From Lama glama (Eukaryota): DNA of 64,000 nt. The DNA lies in NCBI GenBank assembly GCA_028534125.1, contig CM052816.1, positions 14,448,001-14,512,000 of the forward strand. Direction: 5' to 3'. Shown here in pieces: positions 12,012 through 24,600 of the stretch (positions within the stretch are counted from its first letter, which is position 1; the number at the start of each line of letters is the position of its first letter). Made by a program: the position numbers and the translations under genes. The notes under the pieces were generated by a model, which searched no databases, had not been told where the DNA came from, and worked only from the letters and a program-made list of their open reading frames with translations.

Positions 12012-12557
12012 TGAGATAGGAGGGAAGGGGGGACACAGCCATTAAAAGAATGACACAGCAGTGAGCACCAAGATGGTGGTACAGCCAACTCCCAGTAAAA
12101 CTTGAGCCTCAATATACACTCAATGAAGTACATTAGCATGCTAAATGGTACTCCCACAGGTGCCAGGCAGTTTTAAGGTCAAAGGGTGGGTGATGGCCCA
12201 ATGTCTGGGAATCCCACCCCCTTCCCCAAAGAAGTTGAAGCTACCAAGCCCATAAGAACCAGGAACACCGCGCCTTTTGACCACTGCTCTCCCTTCTGAG
12301 TGACATGGGCCGTACTCTGTCTATGGAGTGTGTATCTACTTTTACTTGAAACTGAGCAAGCTTTCTGAAATAGCCTGCTCCCTGTCTATGGGGTATTTAT
12401 CTCTCTGAATAAATCTACCTTTACTCAACTGTGGCTCACTCTTGAATTCTTTCCTGTAAGAAGGCAAGGACCCACGCTTGGTGGGACATGTCCCAGGGAC
12501 TCAACCGAGACCTGGGACACGGCCATCCTCTTGCCCCATATTCTTTTTCCTGTATCG
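12012..12557 (+). mobile_element. ERV1-class solo LTR (MER4/MER41-group-like), apparently nested in an older MaLR remnant
   Basis: Begins TG (tgagatagg); 'cattagcatgctaaa...actcccac', AATAAA 12408-12413, 'ctcttgaattctttcctg', ends 'ttcctgtatc'; no internal ERV sequence follows. Confidence 0.65.
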
Positions 12558-12949
12558 GGAGGGCAGCTAATAGACCCGAAAGGCAGGAGGTAGCTGAAAC
12601 CCAGGAAAGACGCAGACTGTAGACTCAGGAGCCAATGAAGTGAGTCTTCACTCTCTAGCTTTCTTCCTGGATTTCTCGTGATCTGCACCCCAAAGGTGTC
12701 AGACACTCCCACAGCCAGCTAGTCACCAGGTCCTGTAAAAATGGCCATCTTTTGCGTCAGGCCCCTGAATCTGTCTCCTCTCCAGTTTCCCTTATATTGC
12801 ATCTCCCGAGTTTGTTTACCTCCTGATCACTCTGTCTCTGCCAATGCTTCTTCCTCCTGACGCTGAGTACAGCTTTCCTGCGTCCCAGTGCTCTGTCTGT
12901 CGCTCTTCTCTTGACCTCTCTTCTGGGTTGCTGACCCCTAAATGGGAAT

Positions 12950-13200
12950 AGAGTGGTTAAGAGCTTGGATTCTGGGATCCCAACAGCCCAGGCTCCAATC
13001 CCCCACCACCTTCTAGTTGAGTGAACTTGGGAAAGCTCCTTGAATTTTTTTGAGCCTCAATTCCTCATCTGCAAAATGGGGATAATCCTGTTCCCTTCCT
13101 GACAGGGCTGATGTGAAGATTCACTGAGCAACTACACACAAAGTGCTGAGTTAGCACAGCTCCCAGCACACAGAAAGGACTCGATAAACGGCAGCAATTA
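12950..13200 (+). mobile_element. MIR SINE
   Basis: 'gtggttaagagc...gagcctcaattcctcatctgcaaaatggggataat'. Confidence 0.8.
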
Positions 13201-14904
13201 TTAGCCTTACCCTTGTTGTCTTTCCTGAGTTCCAGTCTCACATCACCTGCTACTCTCTTCCATTAGATGTCCTGCTGTGAGCTTAGATCCACCTGTCAGA
13301 ATGTTCCAGATACTGCTGGAAGACGCAGCTTTCTGAGAGCTGGAGGGTCGGGGGACCTGAAAAAGAGGAGTGGTCTCATCAAATCCTTTCAGGAACCCCT
13401 GCCTAACCTCAGCCAGGCCTCATCAGGGAAGACTGAAGAATGGTTCCCCTGTCAGCCTCCAAATGCTTTGCTGGCTGACTCTTAGAATCCGGGAGAGCGA
13501 GCAGGGCGGCCCTTAAGAGAGCTAATGAAGGATGTGAATCCAACCTTTAAAAAAAAAAAAAGCCCTGGGGGAGGTGAGAGGAGATGTAGCAGGATCAGTG
13601 GAGCTTGGAGATGCTTGTGAAAGGTGAGAGCAGCACCCTCGGGGTGCTGAGCCGGCTTAGGCTGGGGCCTCCCTCCAGTGCCAGGGTTTGACAGCACAAA
13701 GCCAGAGGTGCTCCTGTTTTTAGCTGCGCTATTGCAGGTCCCCTTTGCCACCCTGTGAACATTCTTCACTAAGCTCATGTGTGGAGCACGGTGCACGGCT
13801 TTTGCCTGCCCCTTGGCCCTGCATTCCCACCTCCCTCTCTGCAGCCGGGTGGTGGCCTCCCTACTGGCAGGAACGTGGTGTAGGGCAGTGGCCCCTTCTC
13901 ACCCAGAGCAGAATGGGGGTCGTGGGCGGGCGGGGTGGGGGTGGGGTAACCTCACAGTCATTTGTTCCGAGGCAGAGGGGCCCAAGTAGTTAAGAGCAGT
14001 GGCTCTGAAGCAGAATGTGCCCCTGTTTGAATGTCACTTGTGCCACGGCTATCTCTGAGACCCTAGGCAGGTTGTTTAACCTCTTTATGCCCATCTGTGC
14101 AATAAGGATGATAATAGGTCTACCAAATAGTTGTGAGTTTTAGTAAGATAATGCAGGAAAAGCATGAAGCTTAATCCACCTATACCACCTGGAACCAAGG
14201 GCTCTGCCCTTGTAGGAACGGCCATCCCCATTCCCCACACATACCCTGTCTGCTGTCTTCACCCTGATCTGTGTCCTTGGTCCCCAACATGGGACCTGGC
14301 ACATAGATTAGATTAATAAAGATGTTTATTGTTGGAAGGAACTGGTAAAACAATATAGAAAATTCAAGATCCCCTCTAGTCTCAGAGTCCCACCATTTCA
14401 CCACAAATAGAGGGCCTAGGCCAGTCATTGTCCTGGGGACTGGGGATATCACAGTGAATGCAATAGGATGGGCTCCTGGCCTCATGGAGTGAACTGTCCA
14501 AGAAGTGGTGGACATTAAACATATAACAAATCTGATAATACAGCTGGGAGCATTGCTAGTAAGAAGCCAAGGTTGCTATGAGAGCATAGAGCAGAGACTA
14601 CATTTGGGTGAGGGGAGAATCAGGGATAGTCTACTGGATGATGTGACAGGTAGACTGAGTCCTGGAGAAAGGGCAGCCTGGGTTAAAGTGGAAGGTGGAA
14701 AATATGCTTCCAGGTGAGGAAACAGCACGTGTAAAGGTCCTGAGGTGGAAGGGAGCTAAGCTGCTTGGTGGAAGACAAGGTGAATGAGGCTGAAGCCCAC
14801 TGATAGAGGAGGTCAGTGGCTTCTCCAAGGCCACAGAACTCAGAGCATGGGTTATGCAGAGCCTTATAGACTATGATGAGAATTTGAGCCTTTATCCTGA
14901 TAAT

Positions 14905-15110
14905 AGCTAACATTTATCCAATTTTATGTAGAGTTGTACTGGGCTGAGTACTTTGTTTTCTCATTTACTTCCCACAATCCCCCAGAAGGCGGGTGCTATT
15001 AATCCCATTTTACAGATGAGGAAACCCCGGCTCAGAGGGGTTAACTTGCTCGAGGTCACCCAGTTGGCTGTGGCAGAGCTGGGATTTGAACTCAGACATC
15101 ACGATCCGAA
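14905..15110 (-). mobile_element. MIR SINE abutting the orphan CpG island
   Basis: 'cccattttacagatgaggaaaccccggctcagaggggttaacttgctcgaggtcacccag...gctgggatttgaac'. Confidence 0.8.
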
Positions 15111-15139
15111 TGCCTGCCCTCAGTCCCTGCGTGGCCCAG

Positions 15140-15560
15140 CTGAAGAGTTAAATGCAGTCTTCGATCCGTGCTGCGTGTTCCTCGAGTCTCAGGTTCCAGT
15201 TTCGCCGCACGTCCCCAGTCCTCCTCCACGGAATTGGGAGAACCCACGCAGAGGTTCGCTCTGGCGAGACGAGCTCCCTGGCGGCTGGCGGGACTGCGGG
15301 CGGTGGCGGCCACCCAAGCGCCCCCGGGCGGGCCTCCACCCACGTGGCGGGCCGGGGAGCGGCCGAGCGCGGCCGCAGTGCGGTGGGCGCTGCTGTGCCC
15401 GCTCGCGCTGCGGCGGCAGCTGTGAGATACTGACGTTCCGGACCCCAGAGAGCCGCGGGGTGGGGAAGGAGGGGCGCCCCTCTGCGTCCGGCAGGGGGCT
15501 CCCTCTCCCCGCGATCCCGGGGCCCCCGCAGCCCGGATCACGGTTCCTACATCCTTGAGG
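15140..15560. promoter_or_regulatory. Intergenic (orphan) CpG island
   Basis: Very GC- and CpG-rich; no credible coding ORF; ~8 kb from DELE1 and ~18 kb from PCDH1. Confidence 0.75.
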
Positions 15561-17404
15561 GGGAAAACAGCGTTCACTTCTGACTAAAAATGACTGTTTT
15601 TTAAAAGCGCTTCATTCTTTCTCTCTGTCCTCTCTCAGGGCCAGAAAGAGACGGAAAGCGACACAGAGAATCCATTCCAAACGAGCAGCCAAGAGGAGCC
15701 GCGGCAGCTCCCAGATGTTGATGTTTTGTTTTTTGACATAAATCTTTGCACTCATATGGGAGTTTTCATTGATTCATGTTTCCATCTGCTGAATTTCCTT
15801 TTATTTATTTAATATGGCTTTTTGGGAAAATCTTGCCCCCGAGATCCGGAGGAGCATAAACTGTGGCAACCGCTGCACCCCCTCCCCCCTCCTCCAAACC
15901 CTGGCTGCTGGGGGGAGGGAGGGAGTGGCGCCCTGCAGAGAGGGTGCTGCATGGCCTCTTGGCGGGGGGCAGACGCCCTAGGCCGATGTTAACGTGGCTG
16001 TTCCCCCGCATGGTGCCTGCCTGAGGCTGTAAAGCCGAGAAAAACGGCAAGAGAGACTCACAGTGAGTCTGTGTTCCTCTCCTTCCTGCCCACTCACGAC
16101 AGCTCTCTCCCTTCCCGCTGGAACACTTACTCTCTACCTCTAACAGTGGAGATCCGCATTAAACGTGTTAGATTACTTCTTCCTCCCCCGACGCATCCTG
16201 CACACCCCACCCCAGGAGTGATTCTTAATAATTTCGAGCTTCAGCTCTGAGTCAGACTGCCTGGGTTTGAATCCTGACTCTGCTTTGTATAGTAACTTCG
16301 CTGAGCCCCAGATTCCTCCTCTGTAAAATGGGGATAATTATTATTTACTTCTCAGATACAAGTACATTTTACAGATGAGAAACTGAGGTTAGATTTGCCC
16401 AGCTAGGGCAGAGCCAGGACACACTGTGACATCTTTCTGATCCTCACCCTTTTCACCCCCAACTCTTGTCCAGCAGCTCCTCCAGTTTTCCCAGGATAGG
16501 CCATCTGTGACAGAAAGCGGCACCCTCTTTTCCATGAGGCGGAAGAAAAGACCAGATGTTAGTGGTTCAGGATGTCTGACACCTTAGAACAATATCCATT
16601 TAACCTTAGAACACAGGCCCGGATTTGGAAAGGAACTAGAGGTCATCTCATCTGGTCTCCTACAGAATCCAGGCAGACTTCCCCAACAGATACAGAAAAC
16701 GCTCCTCCTGACAGTCCAGTCACTTCTATTTGAGGATGCCCCTAGGTATCAGGAGACCCACAGAACACTGAATGGGACCATTTGAATAGAAGAAACCATG
16801 ATTTCCACAGAGCAAGCCCCTTAAGACCCATCGTTGCTAAGGCTCAAGGCTGTATGTCCAGTCCTGAGATGGAAGGGAGGGGTTACTCAGAGTGTGAGGT
16901 TCTTCCATAGCACGTCCTTTGTGAAGCACACACCGAATGCACATTCCTTCCCATCCAGTCCAAGCTTCTCTGCATGTGCTACGTAGGACTCTCCCTGCAG
17001 GGTAGGACATGGCTACATATCTGGATTCTATGATTTGGTTCTAATCTCACTCTGTAGGTGCACGTGCCCTTAACTCTTCATCCACACAGGCTGTTTTCTG
17101 GAACTCCTATGTATGGTAAACAGACATGATGTCTCTGCATGTGCTCCATGCCTTACAGGAAGTAAGCCCTCAAAATATGATTATTATAAAGAGTCAGATG
17201 GTATAGGAGGGCACTTCTATCCACTTTGCCCAACAACTACCTAGAACAAAACTATTGCCTTCTTCTTGAACTAAAACCTACTCACTGGTTACATAATGTG
17301 TCCCTGAGGTTGCCATGAGATAGAAAAGAAGGGGAAAGTTACTAAACAAAGTAAGCAGGGAAGAAACAATTCCAGAAATGAGAGGGGGGAAGCAATACAT
17401 TGCA

Positions 17405-17840
17405 GTGAGATGGCCAATTGTCTACCAAAATCCATCTTCCCCATCGTCCACAATCATAGAATTGAGCTGGGATGTGACTGTCCAGTCAGGGTCTACATTT
17501 TCCACCGTCCATCACAGCTAGGCACGGCCAGGTGACTAAGAAGGGATACGGACCACTTCCAGGCCAAGTTCACAAAAACTTACACATACATAAAACCTTG
17601 CACATAATTTCGCTCTCTCACCAGCTGGAACTCAAACATGGCACCAGTCTGGCCATGCACCCCATGCACCCCATGACGAGGTCCTAGAGTAACTTTGATT
17701 TCTTAATGGTGGTGTGGAACAGAAGTGTCTCCTGATCTGAAACAGTCTGTTCAGATTGTGATACAAGAGAGAAAAAACATTTATATTTTTAAGCTACCGA
17801 GTTATTATTGGCTTTCTAGTTTCAGAAGTTGAGCATACCT
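17405..17840 (+). mobile_element. MaLR LTR (MLT1-like), decayed
   Basis: 'ctacattttcca....acagctagg..cggccaggtgactaag' and terminal 'gagagaaaaaacatttatatttttaagctacc'. Confidence 0.5.
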
Positions 17841-18045
17841 TAATTGAAGTAGAGGGTGGGTAGTGAGTTGGTTAAGAGCCTGGGTTGCAAAGTCAGATTG
17901 ACTTAGTATTAATCATAGCTACAGCCCCTTGGAGCTGGTGGTCCTGAGCTGCTGATGAACATCCCCGAGCCTTAGTTCCCTCATCAGTAAAATGAGGAGG
18001 ATAACTATAATACTTAACACAATTACTTTGAAAAACAGTCTTTGG

Positions 18046-18220
18046 TGGGGGTGGATATAGGTCATGTAGTAAAGCACATGCTTAGCTCTCATTAGGTCCT
18101 GGGTTCAATCCCCAGTACCTCCTCTATAAAACAAATAAATAAATAAACCTAATTACCTCCCCTCCACCAAAAAAAAAAAAAAATTTAAAGAGTAAAGTTT
18201 GAGCTTTAAAAAAAAAAAAA
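18046..18220 (+). mobile_element. Vic-1-type camelid tRNA-derived SINE with target-site duplication
   Basis: tRNA-like head with B-box 'gggttcaatccc', then 'aaataaataaacctaattacctcccc' and polyA; TSD gaaaaaca(g/a)tctttgg at 18030-18045 and 18221-18236. Confidence 0.85.
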
Positions 18221-18239
18221 GAAAAACAATCTTTGGACT

Positions 18240-18640
18240 TGTCCATTAAAATTGAAGCTATTCATAGTCTATGATGCAGAAATTCCATTATTAATTATAT
18301 ACCCTAGAGAATGATGGATCCATGGACAACAGAACTCATGTACAAGAATGTTTGTGGTGTCCAAAAAGGGAAAACAACTCAATGACCAACTATAATGAAT
18401 GGAAATATAAATTGTGGTATTTCATACAGTGGAATATATAGCAATGAATATCAAGTAATTTCAGATACACTAAACAACATAAGTGAACTCCACATAAATT
18501 CATGATTTTTAAAAAACCTCAAAAGAATATACATTGTATTATTCCATTCATTTATAGTTTAAAAATAGACAAAACTAAATGATATGATTTAGGAATGCAT
18601 ACATGGGTAATAAAAGAAGAGCAAGGAAATGTTTATCACA
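18240..18640 (+). mobile_element. Old L1M (L1ME/MD-like) 3' fragment
   Basis: 'gaaattccatta...tataccctagagaa...tgtacaagaatgttt...attgtggtat.ttcatacagtggaata'. Confidence 0.7.
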
Positions 18641-19292
18641 GATGTATGTAATAATATTAGATAGTACATTAATACTATAATGTAAATTATAATTATATTA
18701 ATACTTTATAGGGGACGAGTACGTGTTAAACAGTTCGCTTACACGTTTCAGACATCTTCTGTTTATCTGTTATATTTCACAATTAAGGCATCACATACTG
18801 GTAGGGTTGTGTGAGAACTGAATACGGTGACGCACGACAGAGCTGGAAAACTTCACCCTCCCCCTCAGAGAAGACACAGAGGGAAGCCTGGATGGGAGGG
18901 ATAAGAACGGTGAGGAGAAAATTGCATTTTGCCGGCTTTATATGAGAGGTCCAGCCGTGAGGCTCCAGCCAGTTCCCGGGATGTCTCACCTACACACTCT
19001 TGGCTGCATCATGCTTCCTGCAGTGTGGTTGAGGCCTCAGAAGTCAGCGCAGGCGACAGTAGGATGGCCCAGGCCCAGCTCAGTGACAAGAAGGGAAGCC
19101 ATCCTGCTGACTGTGTGTTCTCAGGCACCGTGGAAGCAGCCAAGAGCAAGAGCAGTCGCCCAGCCAAAAGGCGCTGGGATCGGCCAGGAGGCCAGGAAAA
19201 CCTGGCAGCATCTTCCAGCCAGGAAATGCCAACAGATGTATCTACCTCTGGATGCCACGTCTAAGGGTCTTGGAATCAAAACTGCTGTGCCT

Positions 19293-19362
19293 GGTGTTGG
19301 GGACTGAACTCAGGACCTTGTGCATGCTAAGTACACACCGCCATTTGAGCTATACCCTCCCC
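19293..19362 (-). mobile_element. Vic-1-type SINE head
   Basis: Reverse of the tRNA-like head: 'ggggactgaactcaggaccttgtgcatgctaag...tgagctataccctcccc'. Confidence 0.8.
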
Positions 19363-20905
19363 GTTTTTTTTTTTTTATCAGAGTAAAATTTACATAACAT
19401 ACAATGAGTCATTTAGAAGTATATATTCCAGTGGCATTTAGTACATTAACAAAGTTGTATAATCATAACCTCTACCTAGTTCTAAAACATTTTCATCATC
19501 CCCCCAAAAAACCATACATACCCATCAAGCAGTTACTCCCCGTGCTCCCCTCCCCCATCTTTTGGCAACCACTAACCTACTTTCTGTCTCCATGGATTTA
19601 CCTGTCTTGGATATTTCATACAAATGAAATGATACATTGTATGACATTTTGTTTCTGCTTTCTTTGGCTTATGTTTCTGAGGTTCATCCATGTTGTAGCA
19701 TATGTCAGTACTTCCTCTCTTCTTACTGCTGAATAAAAATATTCCATTATATGGATATACCATATTTTGTTTATCCATTCATCCGTTGATGGACATTTGG
19801 GTTGTTTCCACCTTTCGGCTATTGTGAATATTGCTGCCATGAACCTTCATGTCCAAGTATTTGTTTGAGTACCTGTCTGCAATTCTCCTGTGTGTATACC
19901 TAGGCGTGAAATCTCTGGGTCATATGCTAATTCTATGTTTAGCTTTTTAAGAAACCACCAAACTGTTTACCACAGTGCTCCATCATTTTACATGCCCACC
20001 AGAAATGTACAAGGGCTCCAAGGTCATCACATCCTTGCCAACACTTGTTGTGTAATTTTTGTTTGTTTGACTATAGCCATCTTAGTGGGTTTAAAGTGAA
20101 ATCTCATTGTGGTTTTGATTCCATTTCCCTAATGCTAATGATGTTGAGCATCTTTTCATGTACTTATTGGCCACTTGTATAATCTTTTTTAGAGAAATGT
20201 CTATTCAAGCCCTTTGCCCATTTTTAAATTGGGTTATTTGTCTTTCTGTCATTAAGCTGCAAGAATTCTTTATATATTCTGGATACTAGAACCTTACTGC
20301 ATATATGACTTGCAAGGTGTCTTTTCACTTTCTTGTTGGTGTCCTTTGATGCACCAAATTTTTTAATTTTAATGATGCCCAATATATCAATTTTTTTTCT
20401 TTTGTTACTTGTACTTTTGTTGTCACATTTAAGAAACCATTGCCAAATCCAGGCCATGAAGTTATGTTTTCTGCTAAGAATGTGATAGTTTTAGCTCTTA
20501 TATTTAGGCCTTTTATCCATATTGAGTTAATTTTTGTGTACAGCGTAAGGTAGGAATCCAACTTCTCTTCCTCTTCCTCTTCCTTCTTCTGCTTGCACTG
20601 GATTCCAGTTGTCCCTGTACTAATTGTTGAAGATATTAATCTTTCACCATTGAATAGTTTTGGCACCCTCACTGAAAATCAACTGACCACAGATGTATGA
20701 GTTTATTTCTGAACTCCCAATTCCACTCCACTGATCTGTATGTCTACACTTACATCAGTATCACACTATTTTGATTACTATAGCTTTGTGGTAAGCTTTG
20801 AAATGTGAATCCTCCAACTTTGTTCTTCTTTTTCAAGACTGTTTTGGCCATTCAGGGTCCCTTATAATTCCATAAGAATTTTAGGATCAGCTTTTCTATT
20901 TCTTT
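19363..20905 (-). mobile_element. L1 (L1MA/MB-like) 3' UTR plus end of ORF2, degraded
   Basis: T-tract then L1 3' sequence; minus-strand ORF fragments WKQPKCPSTDEWINKIWYIH and LDSYLTLYTKINSIWIKGLNIR resemble the L1 ORF2 C-terminus; many stops and frameshifts. Confidence 0.9.
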
Positions 20906-20954
20906 ACCGAGTCAAAAACTCAGAAGGTGGGGTCCAGGAATCTGCTATCTAAAA

Positions 20955-21695
20955 ATGTTTTTAATTGTGGTAAAGTATATATAACATAAACTTTACCGTT
21001 TTAACCATCTTAAATGTACAGTTCAATAGTGTTAGTATATTCACATTGTTGAGCAATCAATCTCCAGAATTTTTTCATCTTGCAAAACAAACTATACCCA
21101 TTAAAACACAACTCCCAGGTTTCCTCTCCTCCCAGCCCCTAGAAACCCCATTCTATTTTCTGTCTGTATAAATCTGCCTACCCTAAATACCTCATATAAG
21201 TGGAATCACGCAGTATGCATTGTTTTGTCACTGGCTTATTTCACTTAGCATAATGTCCTTGAGTTTCATCCATGTTGTAGCATGCGTCAAAATTTCCTTC
21301 CTGTTTAAGGCTGAATAATATTCCATTGTATGTATAATACCACATTTTGTTTAGTCATTCATCCATCAATGAACATTTGGGTTGCTTCCACCTTTTGTCT
21401 ATTGTGAATAGTGCTGCTATGAACATGGGTGTACAAATATCTCTTTGAGACCCTGTTTTTGATTCTTTTGGGATTACACCCAGAAATGGAATTGGTGGAA
21501 TATGGTAATTCTATTTTCAATTTTTTGAGGAACTGCCATACTATTTTCCAAAATGTCTACATCATTTTACATTCCTACCAACAGTGCACAAGCATGCCAA
21601 TTTCTCCACATCTTAACTAACACTTGTTATTTTCTATTTTGTTTTTCGTTTTTGGATAGTATCAGGTGATGCCTCATTGTGGTTTTAAGTTGCAT
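20955..21695 (-). mobile_element. Second L1MB-like 3' fragment
   Basis: 'cctcatataagtggaatca...gtttaaggctgaataatattccattgtatgtat..ccacattttgttt'. Confidence 0.85.
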
Positions 21696-24600
21696 AGGAA
21701 TCTGCTTTTTGAATAAACTTTATATTTTGGAATAATCTTAGATTTATAGAAAAGTTGCAAAGATAGTACAGAGTTCCTCTTTCTCTCTCATTCAGTTTCA
21801 GTTTCCCATAATGTTTCATCTTACATTACCATGGTACTTTGTCAAAACTGGGAATCTGCTTTGCAATAAGAACACACTGACATACACTGTGACTCTTACA
21901 TGCAGTAAAGTTTAAGAGCCATAGATCTAGGGGTCAGAAATGTCCTTTCAGGGAAATACATCTCAGCTGTTACTTGACAGATGAATATAAGTGAGTAAAG
22001 GGAATGGGGTGTGATCCAGGCAGAGGGAACAAATTATGCTAAAGCCTGTGGGTAATAAAGAACTTGGAGCGTTTGAGGATAATCATAATAGCAATAATAG
22101 TAATTTATTGACTGTTACCATATGCCAAGCCCTGGTAAGCACTTTAGAACATTATTTTGCTTAATTTTTCACAACAATCCTATAAAGAGGGAAATGTTAT
22201 CATCTCCATTTTATAGATAAGACAACTGAGACTTGAAGGAAAGAAGCAGCTTGCCCAAGGCCACCCAGCTGTAAAGTGGCAAAAGCAGAATCTGAACTCA
22301 GATCTTTCTTTTCCAATTCCTTCTCTCCCACTAGGCCCCAGTAAAGCTTAATCATCTGCTTGCAGCAAGAAGCAAGGCATTGAACATGTGCCTTTCCCTC
22401 CCCCTGGTTTACTCTTCCCACTCTCTTCCCCAGGCTACTCATCCTTCAGGGCTCAGAGAGGCCTTTCCATTCCACAGCTGTTCCTCACTGTTATTCTGTC
22501 ATTGAACTAATGGTTGAATGAATGAATGAATAGAAATAAGAAGCATTAGCAACAACTTGTGCTTAGATACTTATTCACGTGCTTATCTGTTTAATGCTTC
22601 TCTCTCCTGCTATACTATCAACCCGTGAAGGCAAGGATCCAGACTGGTTCTCCTAGTACCAGTAGGTGCTTACTAAGCATTTATTGAATAAATGAAGGAA
22701 AATAGGAACTCAATAAACATTGTTGGCATGTTGAATGAGTGATTCTTATTTTTGAGAAAGAAGAAAATCAAATGGGTTGTCGGATGTCATGTGAGATACT
22801 AACCACAGGTTCCATTTCTCTCCAGCAAAAGCCTCAACCTCACTCCTCCAGCCATCACACCCTTTAGCGCCAGCAGTTTTGATTTTTCGAAGAGATACAG
22901 AAGAGACCTTGGTCTGACCTAAGAAACATCTCCTTCACTGTTGGGAAGTTCAAGTCCTAAGATGGGGGTGGGGGGAGTCTCTATTCAAGAATATCATCAA
23001 GAGGAAAACTGAACATCGTCTGAACAGCCTCAGAAAGTCAACTGTCTGCACGGAGGGAAGAGGGCAAGTGACCTCTCCGGCCCTTTTCCCACTGTGGGAT
23101 TCTGCTTTCCAGCGTGGCACCAGAGAGTAGCAGAGTGACCACGCTTCAAGTGAAGGCATAATTGCTCCTCACCTCCCCTGGCTCTCCCAGTGTTAAATTA
23201 GCTCTATGTCAATACCACACCTGCAGCTGGGCTGAATTATTGAAGCTCATTCACTGCAATGGGCCCAGGTTCCACTTGCTTTATGGAATGGAGGTAAATG
23301 CGAGCCTATTAGTTCTGTTTGCCTTGTTGTGGTCAGTACATTTTCAGTCTGTTGTTAATATGCAGGGACTCAGCCCTGACCAGCAGACAATCCCAGTCTC
23401 TGCATCTCATGAGATAGCGGAGGCAGGCATAGTGGGAAGGGAGGCGCACACAAACATGTCCACTGGCCCCAAACTCACAGGGGCTCTTAGCTACCACATT
23501 TGACACTTCTGTGTCCCCAAACACCTATTCATATACACATAAGCACTTACAGTCAACATTCCTACACACATAGATGCATACATATATTCAAAGCTTCTGT
23601 AAAGGCATACTCACTCACCGAGGGCCCCCGAACAAAATAATGGAGGATGCCGATGTTTTAAATGAGGATTTTCTAAAAGACTGCAAATTTTAAAGCCTCT
23701 CCTCCTCCCCCACCTTCAACACCAATGCCTCAGTAGCATGGCTGCCTAGTTCGCCCCCTGACATTTGGCAGAGAGAGATGATCTGGGATGTCAGAGGTCA
23801 AGGATGGGGGAGTCCAACTGCTGTGGGCTCCTACGTGTATGTGGGGGAGCGGTTTTCCTTCTCTGTTCTCCTGTAGCTCCCCCATGAGCTGGCATACCCT
23901 GGATTTAAAGCTATGTTTCTGCTGCTTGGCTCCAATGTCAAAATTATAAGTTATACCTCTGCATTTATCTGTACATACTTGTGCTGGTGTTCACAGTCAC
24001 AAACACACATTTACATTCCTACACACCCACACACACCACATACCCAGAGATAGGCCTCCTGATCACATGGTTTGGTTTGAATGCTGGTGAGAAGGCCTCC
24101 TGACCCTATCAATGGGTCACAACTGCTCACACACCTCTCAAAAATCCCACCATTAAATATTTATCCCTTTGGGAGTCCCCAGTTAAGAATCAAATACGTC
24201 TGGTCAAGGCAACACACTGTAAAGTTATCATCTAACACTTTGGCAGGAACTCACTCTGCCCAGGGCACTTCCCGTCCTTGGCTGGCTGACTCTTCCTCAT
24301 TCTTCAGGTCTAATCTGGCCTTTCCTGCCCATAGCCTCTTCCCCTAGATTAACAAGGGAGGTTAAGTTCTGCCATTATGCACTCTTATTACTCTCTGTCA
24401 TTTTCCTTAGACGCATCTATTAGAACTGTAACTAAATGTTTCTTGGTGTCATTATATTTGTATAGTTTGTGGCTACAGTAGACTGAGAGCTCCAGTTGGT
24501 TAGGGGCTGCCCTTCCCTCTGTTCTTCACTGTAGCCCCAGTGTTAACATAGTGCCTGGTACATAGTAGATGGTCAATAAAATTTAAATGAAGTTGGAGAG

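Noticed and set aside
18046..18120. tRNA-like sequences (also ~19293-19362 and ~29480-29553)
   Set aside because: These are SINE heads, two with AT-rich tails and TSDs, and degenerate stems; not functional tRNA genes.
19404..21620. ORFs resembling L1 ORF2 or its antisense
   Set aside because: Short, frameshifted remnants of dead L1 copies.
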